Source: Octopus vulgaris (Eukaryota). Taken from it: a stretch of DNA of 64,000 nt. Below, piece after piece: positions 53,163 through 64,000 of the stretch. The notes below the pieces were generated by a model that was not told the DNA's origin, searched no databases, and saw nothing but the letters and a program-made list of their open reading frames with translations. How positions within the stretch are numbered: position 1 is the stretch's first letter; each line of letters opens with the position of its first letter. Both the position numbers and the translations under genes were made by a program. The stretch covers positions 71,424,001-71,488,000 of the forward strand of contig OX597830.1 of NCBI GenBank assembly GCA_951406725.2. The letters run 5' to 3'.

Positions 53163-53969
53163 ACGCTACCCATTAGTTATTTTCGTAAATTCTTCAAAGA
53201 ATATTGTCTCTAATCTACATTGTTTTCCATGCCCTGTGTGTCTATGCCTTAAGACAAATTTGATCTGAGATAGCCATTGTAACTGTGCTTAATATTTTGC
53301 TAAAGTGTTTATTGCTTTAAACCTTTTGTCAATGTGGGAAGGGTAGGTCTGTACCACTTTTTAGCTTTAAAAGTTTCCCGAAAATTGCTGGTAGGAAGAC
53401 AGTAATTATCTTGAAACCAGAAACTTATCTTGAATACTTGCAAAGGACCTAACACCGCCATTGACAAACAAGGCAACCACAGTCAATGAATATCTTATAT
53501 TATTTACTCCAGATGGTTACCATCTCTATCTACTAACTGCTACTGTGATGTTTACTAAGAGCCGGTGAGGGGGCTTCTATGTGAATACTCGATCTGTTAA
53601 AAGTAGTAGCCAAATTTATCTCAAATTACTCTAGGTGCACATTGGATAACGCAGACCTAAAAATATGGAAGGAGGCAGTAACCCTAGGGCTAAAGAGCAA
53701 CAATTCACAGAATATTAGATGTAGTTCATCTCAGTTAGAAACGCAATGATTTCGAGCCTCTATGCGGTCGTTCAAGTAGCAACCGAATCCCCATCAGACC
53801 AAATCATTCAGATTTTAAAAAAAGAGCTCGTTCTCTTAATGCGTTTAGTGTGGAATGTGCTCAAAAATAATGACAGGATGATTGTGGCTGCAATGCTTTT
53901 GATCATAGGTCAAGGTCTGTTTAATCATTGAAAATCCGTTACCAAACACCACCAACAACACCAGTAAGT

Positions 53970-54325
53970 GGAGGCGCAGTGGCCCAATGGTTAGGGCAGC
54001 GGACTCGCGGTCGGAGGATCGCGGTTTCGATTCCCAGACCGAGCGTTGTGTGTGTTTATTGAGCGAAAACGCCTAAAGCACCACGAGGCTCCGGCAGGGG
54101 GTGGTGGCGACCTCTGTTGCACTCTTTCGCTACAACTTTCTCTCACTCTTTCTTCCTGTTTCTTGCCCCCGACTTTCTACGCAACTGCTGAGCCTGGATG
54201 CGCAGTCAGCCATCCATCGATGCTCTCGGTGTCGGGGGTTGACCTGCTTTCTCTTCTGCGGGTCTTACGAATAGCAAAGGACCACGTTTCGGACTTCTCC
54301 CAAGAGGAGGAAGACCGCTTCGCTC
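53970..54325 (+). mobile_element. SINE family D with tail type e, ending in (CAA)n
   Basis: A box TGGCCCAATGG, B box GTTTCGATTCC; flanking repeat CACCAGTAA at 53960 and 54346. Confidence 0.88.
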
Positions 54326-54582
54326 AACAACAACAACAACAGCAGCACCAGTAATTAGAGACTCACACGTAGATGGATTCAATCATTGTCTTCAATCAAC
54401 ACCAATCTTTGAGATTAATATCATTTTATACGGAAAAAAAAAGATTTTCAGTAATCAGAAAAATAAACAAGAAAAGCTGTACCAAGTACAGTTAAACATG
54501 GTGCAATTCCTACAGCTACAGACAAGTTATTCTACATATATATATACATATACATATATATATACATACATATATGCATATA

Positions 54583-54613
<31 letters not shown>

Positions 54614-54895
54614 GAGATAAATATCTTCCTGGCAATAAAATACACGTAAGTATTTTGTAAGTCAAGAGTAGATTAGTATCTAAGTAGTTTCATGGTTCAG
54701 ACAAGTTTCTAACATAATGATAATTATCTAAATACCAGTGTTGTGTTCATCTTCCTGTTATTACTGTGGCTGCTGTAACCACTATGAAGAATATTTCCGA
54801 AACCGAAATCTACAGACTTCTTCAAAGCCATCTCCTTAAGCACCACCTGGAAGAGCAATTATCCAAAATAATACGAGTATTATTCCTCCGAATCT

Positions 54896-55255
54896 CAATA
54901 ATAATAATAATAATAATAACAATAATAATAATAATGATAATAATAATGATAACAATAATAATAATAATAATAACAATAATGATAATAACAATGATAATAA
55001 TAATAATAACAATGATAATAATAGTAATAACATTGATAATAATGATAATAATAATGATAATAATAATAATAATGATGATGATGATAATAATTATAGTAAT
55101 AATAATAATAAGAAGAAGATCAGTAATAATAATGATAATAATAATAATGATGATGATGATGATGATAATTATAGTAATAATAATAATAATAATAACAATA
55201 ATAATAATAATAATAATGAGAAGAAGATCAGTAATAATAATAATGATAATAATAA
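54896..55255. repeat. (AAT/GAT/AAC)n array with internal duplication (AGAAGAAGATCAGTAAT twice)
   Basis: Direct reading. Confidence 0.92.
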
Positions 55256-55669
55256 CGAAAACAACAACCTGTCTATCATTTTCATCTACACCTGTGTCGT
55301 ACTGTTCAGCTTAAATACCAGGATATCTAGCTAATTTCCTTGTCCCCGTCTCTACAAAGAGAGAAGGTTAGTCAGTAACTAGTAATATAAGAGGGAAACA
55401 TCGAAATATATCGTTATGAGGAGGAGATGAATGCGGTGATATCTAGGTAGAATTTGCGGTGGGTAAAGAATGCTAAATCCTCATATTTTGTTGAACATTC
55501 CTTGAACGTACTCAAAAGCATTTTTTTCCAAAAGATAAGAAATGATATATCTCGTACTTACTTTCACGATATCCAAGGCTTGGAAAGAGAGAAGAAAACA
55601 AAACAAAAATATCTATCACCGGAAGTGAGTATTGCCCCTTACCTTTGTGGGGTATAGTTTAATTAGTAT

Positions 55670-55846
55670 ACTCTTTTACTTGTTTCAGTCATGTGACTGC
55701 GGCCATGCTGGAGCACTGCCTTTATAGTCGAGCAAATCGACCCCAGAGTTTATTCTTTGTAAGCCTAGTACTTATTCTATCGGTCTCTTGCCGAACCGCT
55801 AAGTTACGGGGACGTAAACACACCATATATATACACACATACATAC

Positions 55847-55890
<44 letters not shown>

Positions 55891-56051
55891 GACGGGCTTT
55901 TTTCAGTTTCCGTCTGCCAAATCCACTTACAAGGCTTTGGTCGACCTGTGACTATAGTAGAAGACACTTGCCCAAGGTGTCACTCAGTGGAGCTGAGCCC
56001 GGGACCATGTGGTTCGTAAACAAGCTGCTTACCACACAGCCACTCCTGCGC
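55670..56051 (-). mobile_element. SINE family B
   Basis: Reverse copy; a further partial head at 56190-56338 and a degenerate copy at ~58800-59190 (+). Confidence 0.88.
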
Positions 56052-56616
56052 TTATACGAATGTAAGTAAAATGCGTCTTAACTTACGTACTGAGGGAGAA
56101 TAAGACCTTGAGGAAACTAAACTTGGTTGAGTATCATTTTCAGAGACATTTCTTAATTTTAATAACTGAACAGAGAACGAAGACTTTTTGGCTTCTTTCA
56201 GTTTCCGTCAACCAAATCCACTCAGAAGATTTTGGTTGGCCGAAGGCTATAGCAGAAGACACTTGCCCAAGGTGCCACGCGGTGGGACTGAACCCGGAGC
56301 TAAATGGTTGGTAAGCAAGCTACTTACCACACAGCCACTAGTTTTTTTCAGCTTCACATGACGTCAAAATTTTGTGGGCGCATTAGGACTCGTCCGTCAC
56401 ATGAGGTGCCCGGAGCAGATAATTTCATGTGGAACCGAGTGATATTTAAAATATGTGTAGCATCTACTATGCATGTTGAGTACTACATTCATTTCTCATT
56501 CACTAGTGTGCGCGCGTGTGTGTGTATGTGTGTGAGCGCGCGTGTGTGTGTATGTGTGTGAGCGTGTGTGTGTATATACATTATGTATGTAATTATGTGT
56601 GTGGTGAGCTGGCAGA

Positions 56617-56847
56617 AGGCGGCGAGCTGGCAGAAACGTTAGCGCGCCGGGCGAAATGCGTAGCCGTATTTCGTCTGCCGTTACGTTCTGGGTTCAAATC
56701 CCGCCGAGGTCGACTTTGCCTTTCATCCTTTCGGGGTCGATAAATTAAGTACCAGTTACGCACTGGGGTCGATGTAATCGACTTAATCCATTTGTCTGTC
56801 CTTGTTTTCCCCTCTGTGTTTAGCCCCTTGTGGGTAGTAAAGAAATA
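56617..56847 (+). mobile_element. SINE family A with duplicated 5' end
   Basis: GAGCTGGCAGAA is repeated just before the head; flanking repeat TATGTGTGTGGTG. Confidence 0.9.
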
Positions 56848-57713
56848 TATATGTGTGTGGTGGTGACTGTTCCTTCTTGTGTCTGCCTATTATTTCGTCG
56901 TGTTCTGTTAACATATTACTATATAGCTCAATATATCTAAATCTAACAATTAAATAGTTATTTGACACATTGGAAAACCATATTTAATCACGTGACACTC
57001 GTTCTTTTTGAAAGTTATCTATGTTTGTTTTCTCTCTCGCCGTTGCTGTCTTGTATTCGTCGTTAAATTGTCTTCGCGTTTACGAAGTTTCTTGATATTC
57101 GTTTGATGAGCAGATATCTAATATAATATTTATTTGGAAAGTCGTCATGTAGAAACAAACGATAAAATTTGTATTGCATTTATTTCAAGCGGAATATGTA
57201 TGGAGATGTAATTTATTGATGTTTAGAATGATGCCCTTTGGATACCTGGCTTAAGAAAATGGAGAAACAAATTCATCTCGTTCATCATCTTACGGATATT
57301 ACAATTTTACATTATTTATTAATTATACAAATGAGAACATCAAAAGCAAACAAAGCATTATATAAATCAGTAGGTAATATAAAAACCCCTGTATTACTTT
57401 GTACTATATATATATATATATATATACATACACACATATATATATATATATACATGTATGTGTGTGTGTGTGTGTATTATATATATTCATGAATGAAAGT
57501 TTGTATGTACACACGCCCACATATACTTGCAAGTATATAGAATTTGTTTTCATCTATACTGGACCTCTCCTTGTCATAAATTTCTCTCTCTTTCTCTCTT
57601 TCCCTGTCAATCTGTCGGCCTGACTGCCTGTCTCTGTGGCTGTGTGACTGCCTGTTTGTCTTTCTGTCTGTCTCTTTGTTTTTGTTTATCTGTTCCTCTT
57701 TCAGTATGACTCT

Positions 57714-57753
<40 letters not shown>

Positions 57754-58237
57754 ACAATCTATTCCTATCCTCTTGTTCTATGTCACTCGGTCTATATCTC
57801 CTTTTTTTTTTCCTTAACCAATCCCTCTCCCGTCCCGTGTTTTTTATCTTTCCTTATCCCTCACGCACACACATTCTCTCTCCATTTCACTGTCCCTCTC
57901 TCTCTCTCTCTCTCTCTCCCTCTCTTTATATCTCTCCTGCTATTGCTCTCTCTATCTCCCTCTCTCTCTCAAATTATCTGCTTATTTCTTGTTCCTAATT
58001 AAACAATTAAAACATTATAGTTCTTCTAAAGTATCCTTTCCTAATGTATGTATGTATGTATGTATGTATGTATATATGTAAGATAAAGTAGTGAGGAAAA
58101 GCAAACAGTTAGGCAATGCGTGACAAAGATATTTCATTTCATTTAATTCAATCTAATATTTAGGTATATAACGAATGGTAAAGATAGTACAAAATAGTAT
58201 AGATAGTTTGAGTCATCCTAACGAAAACACCTCATAT

Positions 58238-58315
<78 letters not shown>

Positions 58316-58324
58316 ATATGGAGA

Positions 58325-58512
58325 GTTTACGAAAACACAAAAGACGAAGACAGGTGGTGTACAAAACAAACAGATGTATTATTATAACGCTCAGGAATAG
58401 AAAAAGTCTTATACGTTTCGAGCCTACGCTCTTCTACAGAAATGGACTCAGAAAAAACAAGGAGAGAAACAAGGAGAGACAAAAAATGTGTGTAGTGGCT
58501 AACGATCTATCA
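58325..58512 (-). mobile_element. Penelope-like short element with variant hammerhead motif (58408-58444)
   Basis: Reverse complement CUGUAGA-A-GAGC-GUAG-GCUC-GAAAC-GUA; homolog of 38645-38815. Confidence 0.6.
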
Positions 58513-58621
58513 TCGCGTCTGATATATATTGATAAAAACGGTAAGACAACAAAAGAAAGAGACCTCGATATTATATAAATAGAGGAATTTATCTGTAAAG
58601 GTAATAGGTGAGAATTATTCG

Positions 58622-58695
58622 TAGCCATGATAAAACTCTGAGTTTCGGATGCCGAGGTTGAAATCCACGCCACCATCTCTTCAGTTATCCGGCCA
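58622..58695 (-). ncRNA. Candidate type I hammerhead ribozyme
   Basis: Reverse complement UGGCCG-GAUAA-CUGAAGA-GAUG..CAUC-C-GAAAC-UCAGA-GUU-UUAUC-AUGGCUA: stems I, II and III and the core nucleotides can all be drawn. Confidence 0.65.
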
Positions 58696-60360
58696 TCAGA
58701 AAAATGCTATGAAAAGTTGCATATGAATATAACAGCACATTTTCCCGAGCCTTCTCCTTATCTTAACAGATGAACTATCAGGCACTCACATATATATGTT
58801 CTTGTGGTTAAGAAACTTACTTTGTAACTACAAGATTTAGGTTCAGCCCCACTTTAGGCAAATATCTACAATAATCCGGGTTGACCAAAGCATTGTGAGC
58901 GAATTTGGTTGTCGGAAACTGTGGAAGCGCGGTGTATATGTGTTCGTATGGTTTTGTGTTTGCACCACCCCACTGCTTGAAAACTGGTGTTGGTTTGTTT
59001 ACGTCCCACTGCTTGACAACTGGTGCTTGTTTCTTTACGTCCCACTAACTTGGCGGTTCGGCAAAAAGTAACCGATAGACTACGTACCAGAATTGAGAAA
59101 TAAGTATAGGATTCGAATTGTTCAAATAAAACACTTTAAGGCAGTACCCTAACGTGGTCGCATTTCGGTGCCTGAAAAAATATAAAATATAAAGATAAAT
59201 TTCCTTCAAATCTCTTCACAACGAGGACGGTGTGCTTTCACTGTCGTAGTTGTAGCAACGCAGTTTATCAGCTTTAACAGTTTCTCAAAAGTATATGATA
59301 GCAAACTCGACAAAACTGTGGCTATTTCTTCAAGTGTCTCACTTCCCTAACCCTGCTGCTATTCGATCAACAACAACAACGCCTACGTTGAAGAGTTATG
59401 GAAGTTGATGGTATCAAGTTTCTCTTTAACTCTTGAACATGATTCAATTCTGTCATCATGGTGTTTTTATAATTGTCCACCACACTATCATGTTTCTATA
59501 TACAACATATTTCCCTCATTCCGTTTCACTTGTGCCACAACATGCCACAACATTCCAAGCAGTAGCATAACAATATAACATCTGCTATTCCGATTTGGTG
59601 CCGTCTTTTGAATGAATTCCGCCATGAAGGAGTTAGGCTCATTAAGTTGATGCGATGAAAACAGAGAGGTTCGTAAATTTAGATAAAATTGTTGCGAGGA
59701 AAAAGTAAAATGGAAAGCGCTGAACTTCACCTGGAAGTGGAAAAACCTTTTCACTGACATAGGCCAGTTCTATATCTCACAAATTATGTGTGCTTCTGTG
59801 TGATTATATTTTTTCAAGACTTGCTGATGCAGAGTTATCTGATTATTGCCTGATTATATATGTATATTGTTGTATTTGGGGATGGTCATGTTGCCAGTTT
59901 AGCCTATAAAACGTACGGACTATATATTTGGTGTTAATTTGCTTCAGCTTTATTTTATTTTTACATTAATCGTATTTCGGCCACAGTTCTTTCGTCATAT
60001 TTCTGTGACCTCATCAGTGGTCCTTTGCTTTCTCCTTTCTTATTTGTGTGTCTTGCCTTACTAACGATCAGCCATTTTGTGTAAATTTACAGAGGAATCC
60101 AAAGTAGATTATCTATTTCAAAGTGGCATAAAATACACATATGCAACTTTTGTGATGATAATATTTAAAAGTTAAGTTAGTTGAGCACATATTTTTGTCT
60201 CTGTGTATAATGTGTATGTATGTATGTATGTATGTATGTATGTATGTATGTATGTATGTATGTATGTATGTATGTATGTATGTATGTATGTATGTATGGA
60301 TCGATGGATGGATGGATGGATGCATATATGTATATATGGTTTTATATGAGTATATATATC

Positions 60361-60392
<32 letters not shown>

Positions 60393-61369
60393 TACTTGGA
60401 GAACAGAAAAGAAACGAAACGACGCGAGGGCGCTCAGTCATGCAATAAATTAATAAATAAAATATATGCATACATACATACATACATATATGTACGTACC
60501 TACATCTACATGTATATATACATGCATATATAAATATATATATGTGAGTACATGACACCACAAATAGACGTAGAACTCAACGAGAAACGAAAACGTAAAA
60601 GCAAACATGGAAACGGACTTTTTTTAACAACGAAATAACAGAGTACAAGACAAACAATACAAGGAAAAGTCCCCTTCATCAGCTGTCCCTAGTTCGACTC
60701 CATGCGTGTTTCGAAGGTAAGGACAGAACACGACTTGTCGAACTAACCCTTCCTGCGAAAGAATTAAATAAAATTCCTTTGCAGAAGGGTAAAAACAAGG
60801 AAAGAAAAAATGACAAAAGCAGAACGTAAAAACAATACAAATAAAAAAACAAATACAAAATAAAAATACAAAAAATACGGTACAAGTAAAGAATAAAAAC
60901 AGGACAAGGAAACAAACATTGAGGGCCTTTTTTTTAGCCTAGATGATGGAAAAATTCAAGAGCGCAGGAAAAAAAGCATGTTCACTTGTAGGAAGCCGCC
61001 AGCGAAAGGAAGTGGTCGACTCGGCTGTGTGAGAGATGAGGAGGAGTGAGAGAGAGAGAGATAGAGAGGAAAGGAAACCAGAAAGGGTGAAAAATAAGAA
61101 GGAGAGAGACAGGCAAAAAGGAAGACAGACAGGAAGGAAGGGAAGGTCAAGCAAAGGGTTACAGAGTTTCGCGTCATAATTATATATAAAAACTTACTTG
61201 GAGAACAGAAACACACACACATACACACATATAAGTACACAATCGCGCGCACATACACACACATACATATATATCTTTATATGTACACTCAGACACTAAC
61301 AATCGCACGTACGTACAGTTACTCAATCGTGTCTATACACACATACATTTACGCGCATTTTGTATATGT

Positions 61370-61430
<61 letters not shown>

Positions 61431-62904
61431 GTTTTGTTACTTTTATTACTACTAGTAGTAACAGCAGCAGTAGTAATAGCAACAGTGGTAGCAATGTCGG
61501 CAGTCGCGATGTAGTGATGTGGTGCTGCTGCTGGCGTGCCTACTAATCAACAATGTAATCACCGCTTTTTGTTCTTGCAGTGTAAGGCATTCTATTTCTT
61601 GAACGCACCCAGAATGAAATAATTAAGCAAAAAGATAGACAAAACAAACAAACAAAAACATGAAACGAAGAATTCATTACAGAGTTTTGGGAAGCAAGGG
61701 TAAGTAAATTCAATTAAAATAAACACCAATACATGAAAAGTATATATTTGATTAATCCCTAGTTACAGTCTAACTAGACCAATCCAGTTCTTTGAATTTC
61801 ATTCATATATCACAAATTTGCTAGCTCAATATTCTTTTATTTAGCTCCAGATCACCTATGACTGAAATCAATAATATTGATGATGATGATGATGATGATG
61901 GTTTCATATTTTGACACAAAGCCATCAGGTTTTGAGGGGAGGGAAGAAGTCAATTACATCCACTTTAGTACTTGACTGGTATTTTATTTTATCGACCTCG
62001 AAAGGGTGAGAGCTGAAGTTGGCTTCAGTCGTATTTGAAATTAGAACGTAAAGAATCCGAAGAAAAGTCCCTAAATATTTTATTAGACGCTCTGGCGACT
62101 ACGCAAGCACGCAGGGGTACACGGTCTCAAATTGTAATTAGGAAAATAGTTGATAAAAATGAGCCCGGTATTTGACTTGTATATTATATGATCGACCCCA
62201 AAAGGATGAAAGATAGAGTTCATGTCGGTGTTTGAAATTGGGATGCTAAGGTCTAGAATAAATATTGATTTCAAAATTTGGCACAAGGCCAGCGATTTCA
62301 GTGAAGGGGATAAGTCGATTACATCAACCCCAATGCTCGACTAGTAATTATTTCGTCAACCACAAAAGGTTGGAAGGCAAAATCGACCTCAGCGGTATTT
62401 GAACTCAGAACGTAAATGGATGAAATACCGTTAAACATTTTACACTTCAACCAGCTCACCACCTTATCCAGAATAAGTATTGTTTTCAAATTCTGGCATA
62501 AGGCCAGCAATTTCAGGGGATGGCTAAGTCGATTACTGATACTTGATTTGTAGACCCCGAAAGGATGAAGGACAAAGCCGACCTCTGCGGAATTTGAACT
62601 TAGAACGTAAGGTCAGACAAAATGCCGCAAAGCATTTTGCCCATCGAGCTAAATATTCTGCCAGCTAGCGGCTTTTATAATGATAATAAACCTTTCCACT
62701 ATAGGCACAAGGGCTGAAATTTGGGCGAGGAAGCCAGTAGATGAGATCCATCCCTGTACGCAACTGATACTTAATTTATCGACTCCTATAGGATGAAAGG
62801 CAAAGTCAACCGCTGCGGAATTTGAACCTCAGAATGTAGACATACGAAATTCCACAAAGCATTTTGCCTGGCATGCCAACTACTCTGCCAGCTAGCCGCT
62901 TTTA

Positions 62905-63690
62905 AACTGATTGGAAGTGTTATCGTATACATCGTTTTGTCTTGGTATTAAAAAAATGGAGTGGAGGCGCGTGGCTTAGTGGTTAGAGTGTCAGCACTAT
63001 GATCGTAAGATTGTGGTTTTGATTCCTGGACAGGTAGACGCGTTGTGCTCTTGAGCAAAACACTTCATTTCACGTTGCTCCAGCCCACTCAGCTGGCAAA
63101 AATGAGTAACGCTGCGATGGACAGGCGTCCCGTCCTGCTGGGGAACACATACGCCATAGAAACCGGGAAACCGGGTCCATGAGCCTGGCTAGGCTTTAAA
63201 AGGGCGCATTTATTTATCTATTATAAAAGATGGGCTACAGCAAATATTCTGCTCCATACCAGAGATTTGCTTGTCAGTTGTATGACTTTAACCAGCTGAG
63301 CATGTCACTTGCTAGCTGACGATAGGTGCATCTCTAATCATGCGCAGAAGTAAGTGGGGAGCATCATAGTCACGTGTTGAGAGGAATTGTTTGGGATTTG
63401 GATAATTCACTTCTGGAAACATGGGTGTTTCGTTCAACAACCTTAAATAATCCTTATTCAGGGGCCTTTTGAGCAGGATGGGCCTCTCGACCTGCAGAAA
63501 ATTCTAACTGGGCCTCACCTGCAAGGCCATGCGCTGTTTATCTTGATCACCATGTCGGACACATATGGTCGGGATGCATGTGCCTAGTGTACCGTTATCA
63601 GACGGAGAGTTATGATGGGTATACTCGGCTTCGTACATTTTGCCCCAGTGTCACTTTGATGGAATGCACTGCTCTCTCACTCAATAATAA
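62905..63690 (+). repeat. Probable dispersed repeat ending in (AAT)n, interrupted by a SINE
   Basis: Non-repetitive-looking sequence continues across the SINE (TATTAAAAAAATGG / TATAAAAGATGG imperfect duplication) and ends CTCTCTCACTC(AAT)n like a retroelement tail; family not identified. Confidence 0.45.
62963..63215 (+). mobile_element. SINE family C head with tail type a
   Basis: GGAGGCGCGTGGCTTAGTGGTTAG..CTTGAGCAAAACACTT, then GAGTAACGCTGCGATGGACAGGCGTCCCGTCC..GAAACCGGGAAACCGGG..AAAAGGGCGCA. Confidence 0.88.
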
Positions 63691-64000
63691 TAATAATAAT
63701 AATAATGATAATCCTTTCTACTGTAGGCACAAGGCCTGGATTTTGGCGGGACGGGGTTAAATCGATTACAACAACCACAATGTTTCACTGGTACTTAATT
63801 TACCGTCCCCGAAAGGATGAAAGACAAAGTTGAACTCCAAACATAGCGACGGGTGAAATATCGCTAAGCATTTCGTCCAGCGCGCTGATGATTCTGCCAG
63901 CTCGCAGCCTTGATATAAATACTAATAATAATATCTAACATTGTAATAATTTCTAACAGACACAAGACCACAAATTGGCTTGGGAGGGTTTTGTCTGTTA

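Noticed and set aside
53970-54045. tRNA gene-like sequence (also at 7153, 12627 and 62963)
   Set aside because: A and B boxes are present but there is no proper acceptor stem or cloverleaf, and the sequence continues into a SINE body.
54766-55314. 182-aa poly-Ile ORF or alternative poly-Asn frame
   Set aside because: Driven by an (AAT)n array; the poly-Asn frame has an in-frame TAA just upstream and no convincing splice sites.

Overview
AT-rich, repeat-saturated eukaryotic DNA, most likely intronic or intergenic. The repeat repertoire suggests a cephalopod (Octopus-like) genome; this is an inference. No intact protein-coding gene, rRNA, true tRNA or CRISPR array is supportable, and nearly all ORF-track entries are translations of microsatellites or SINEs. 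What is supportable: (i) dozens of tRNA-derived SINE copies from four head types (called A-D here), several with clean target-site duplications (TSDs), whose heads are combined with interchangeable 3' tails, two of which match LINE-type 3' ends also present in the window; (ii) two mariner relics (25260-25824 and ~42320-43412); (iii) a complete non-autonomous Helitron (26357-27069) carrying a helicase C-terminal fragment; (iv) a MITE with an 8-bp TSD (9666-10080); (v) a CR1/L2-like LINE 3' end; (vi) a set of ~200-bp elements next to (TA)n tracts that carry hammerhead-ribozyme-like motifs of the Penelope/retrozyme type, with the best candidate at 58622-58695 on the minus strand; (vii) many simple and higher-order microsatellites; (viii) a few weak candidate exons. 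All assignments were made by eye, with no database search.
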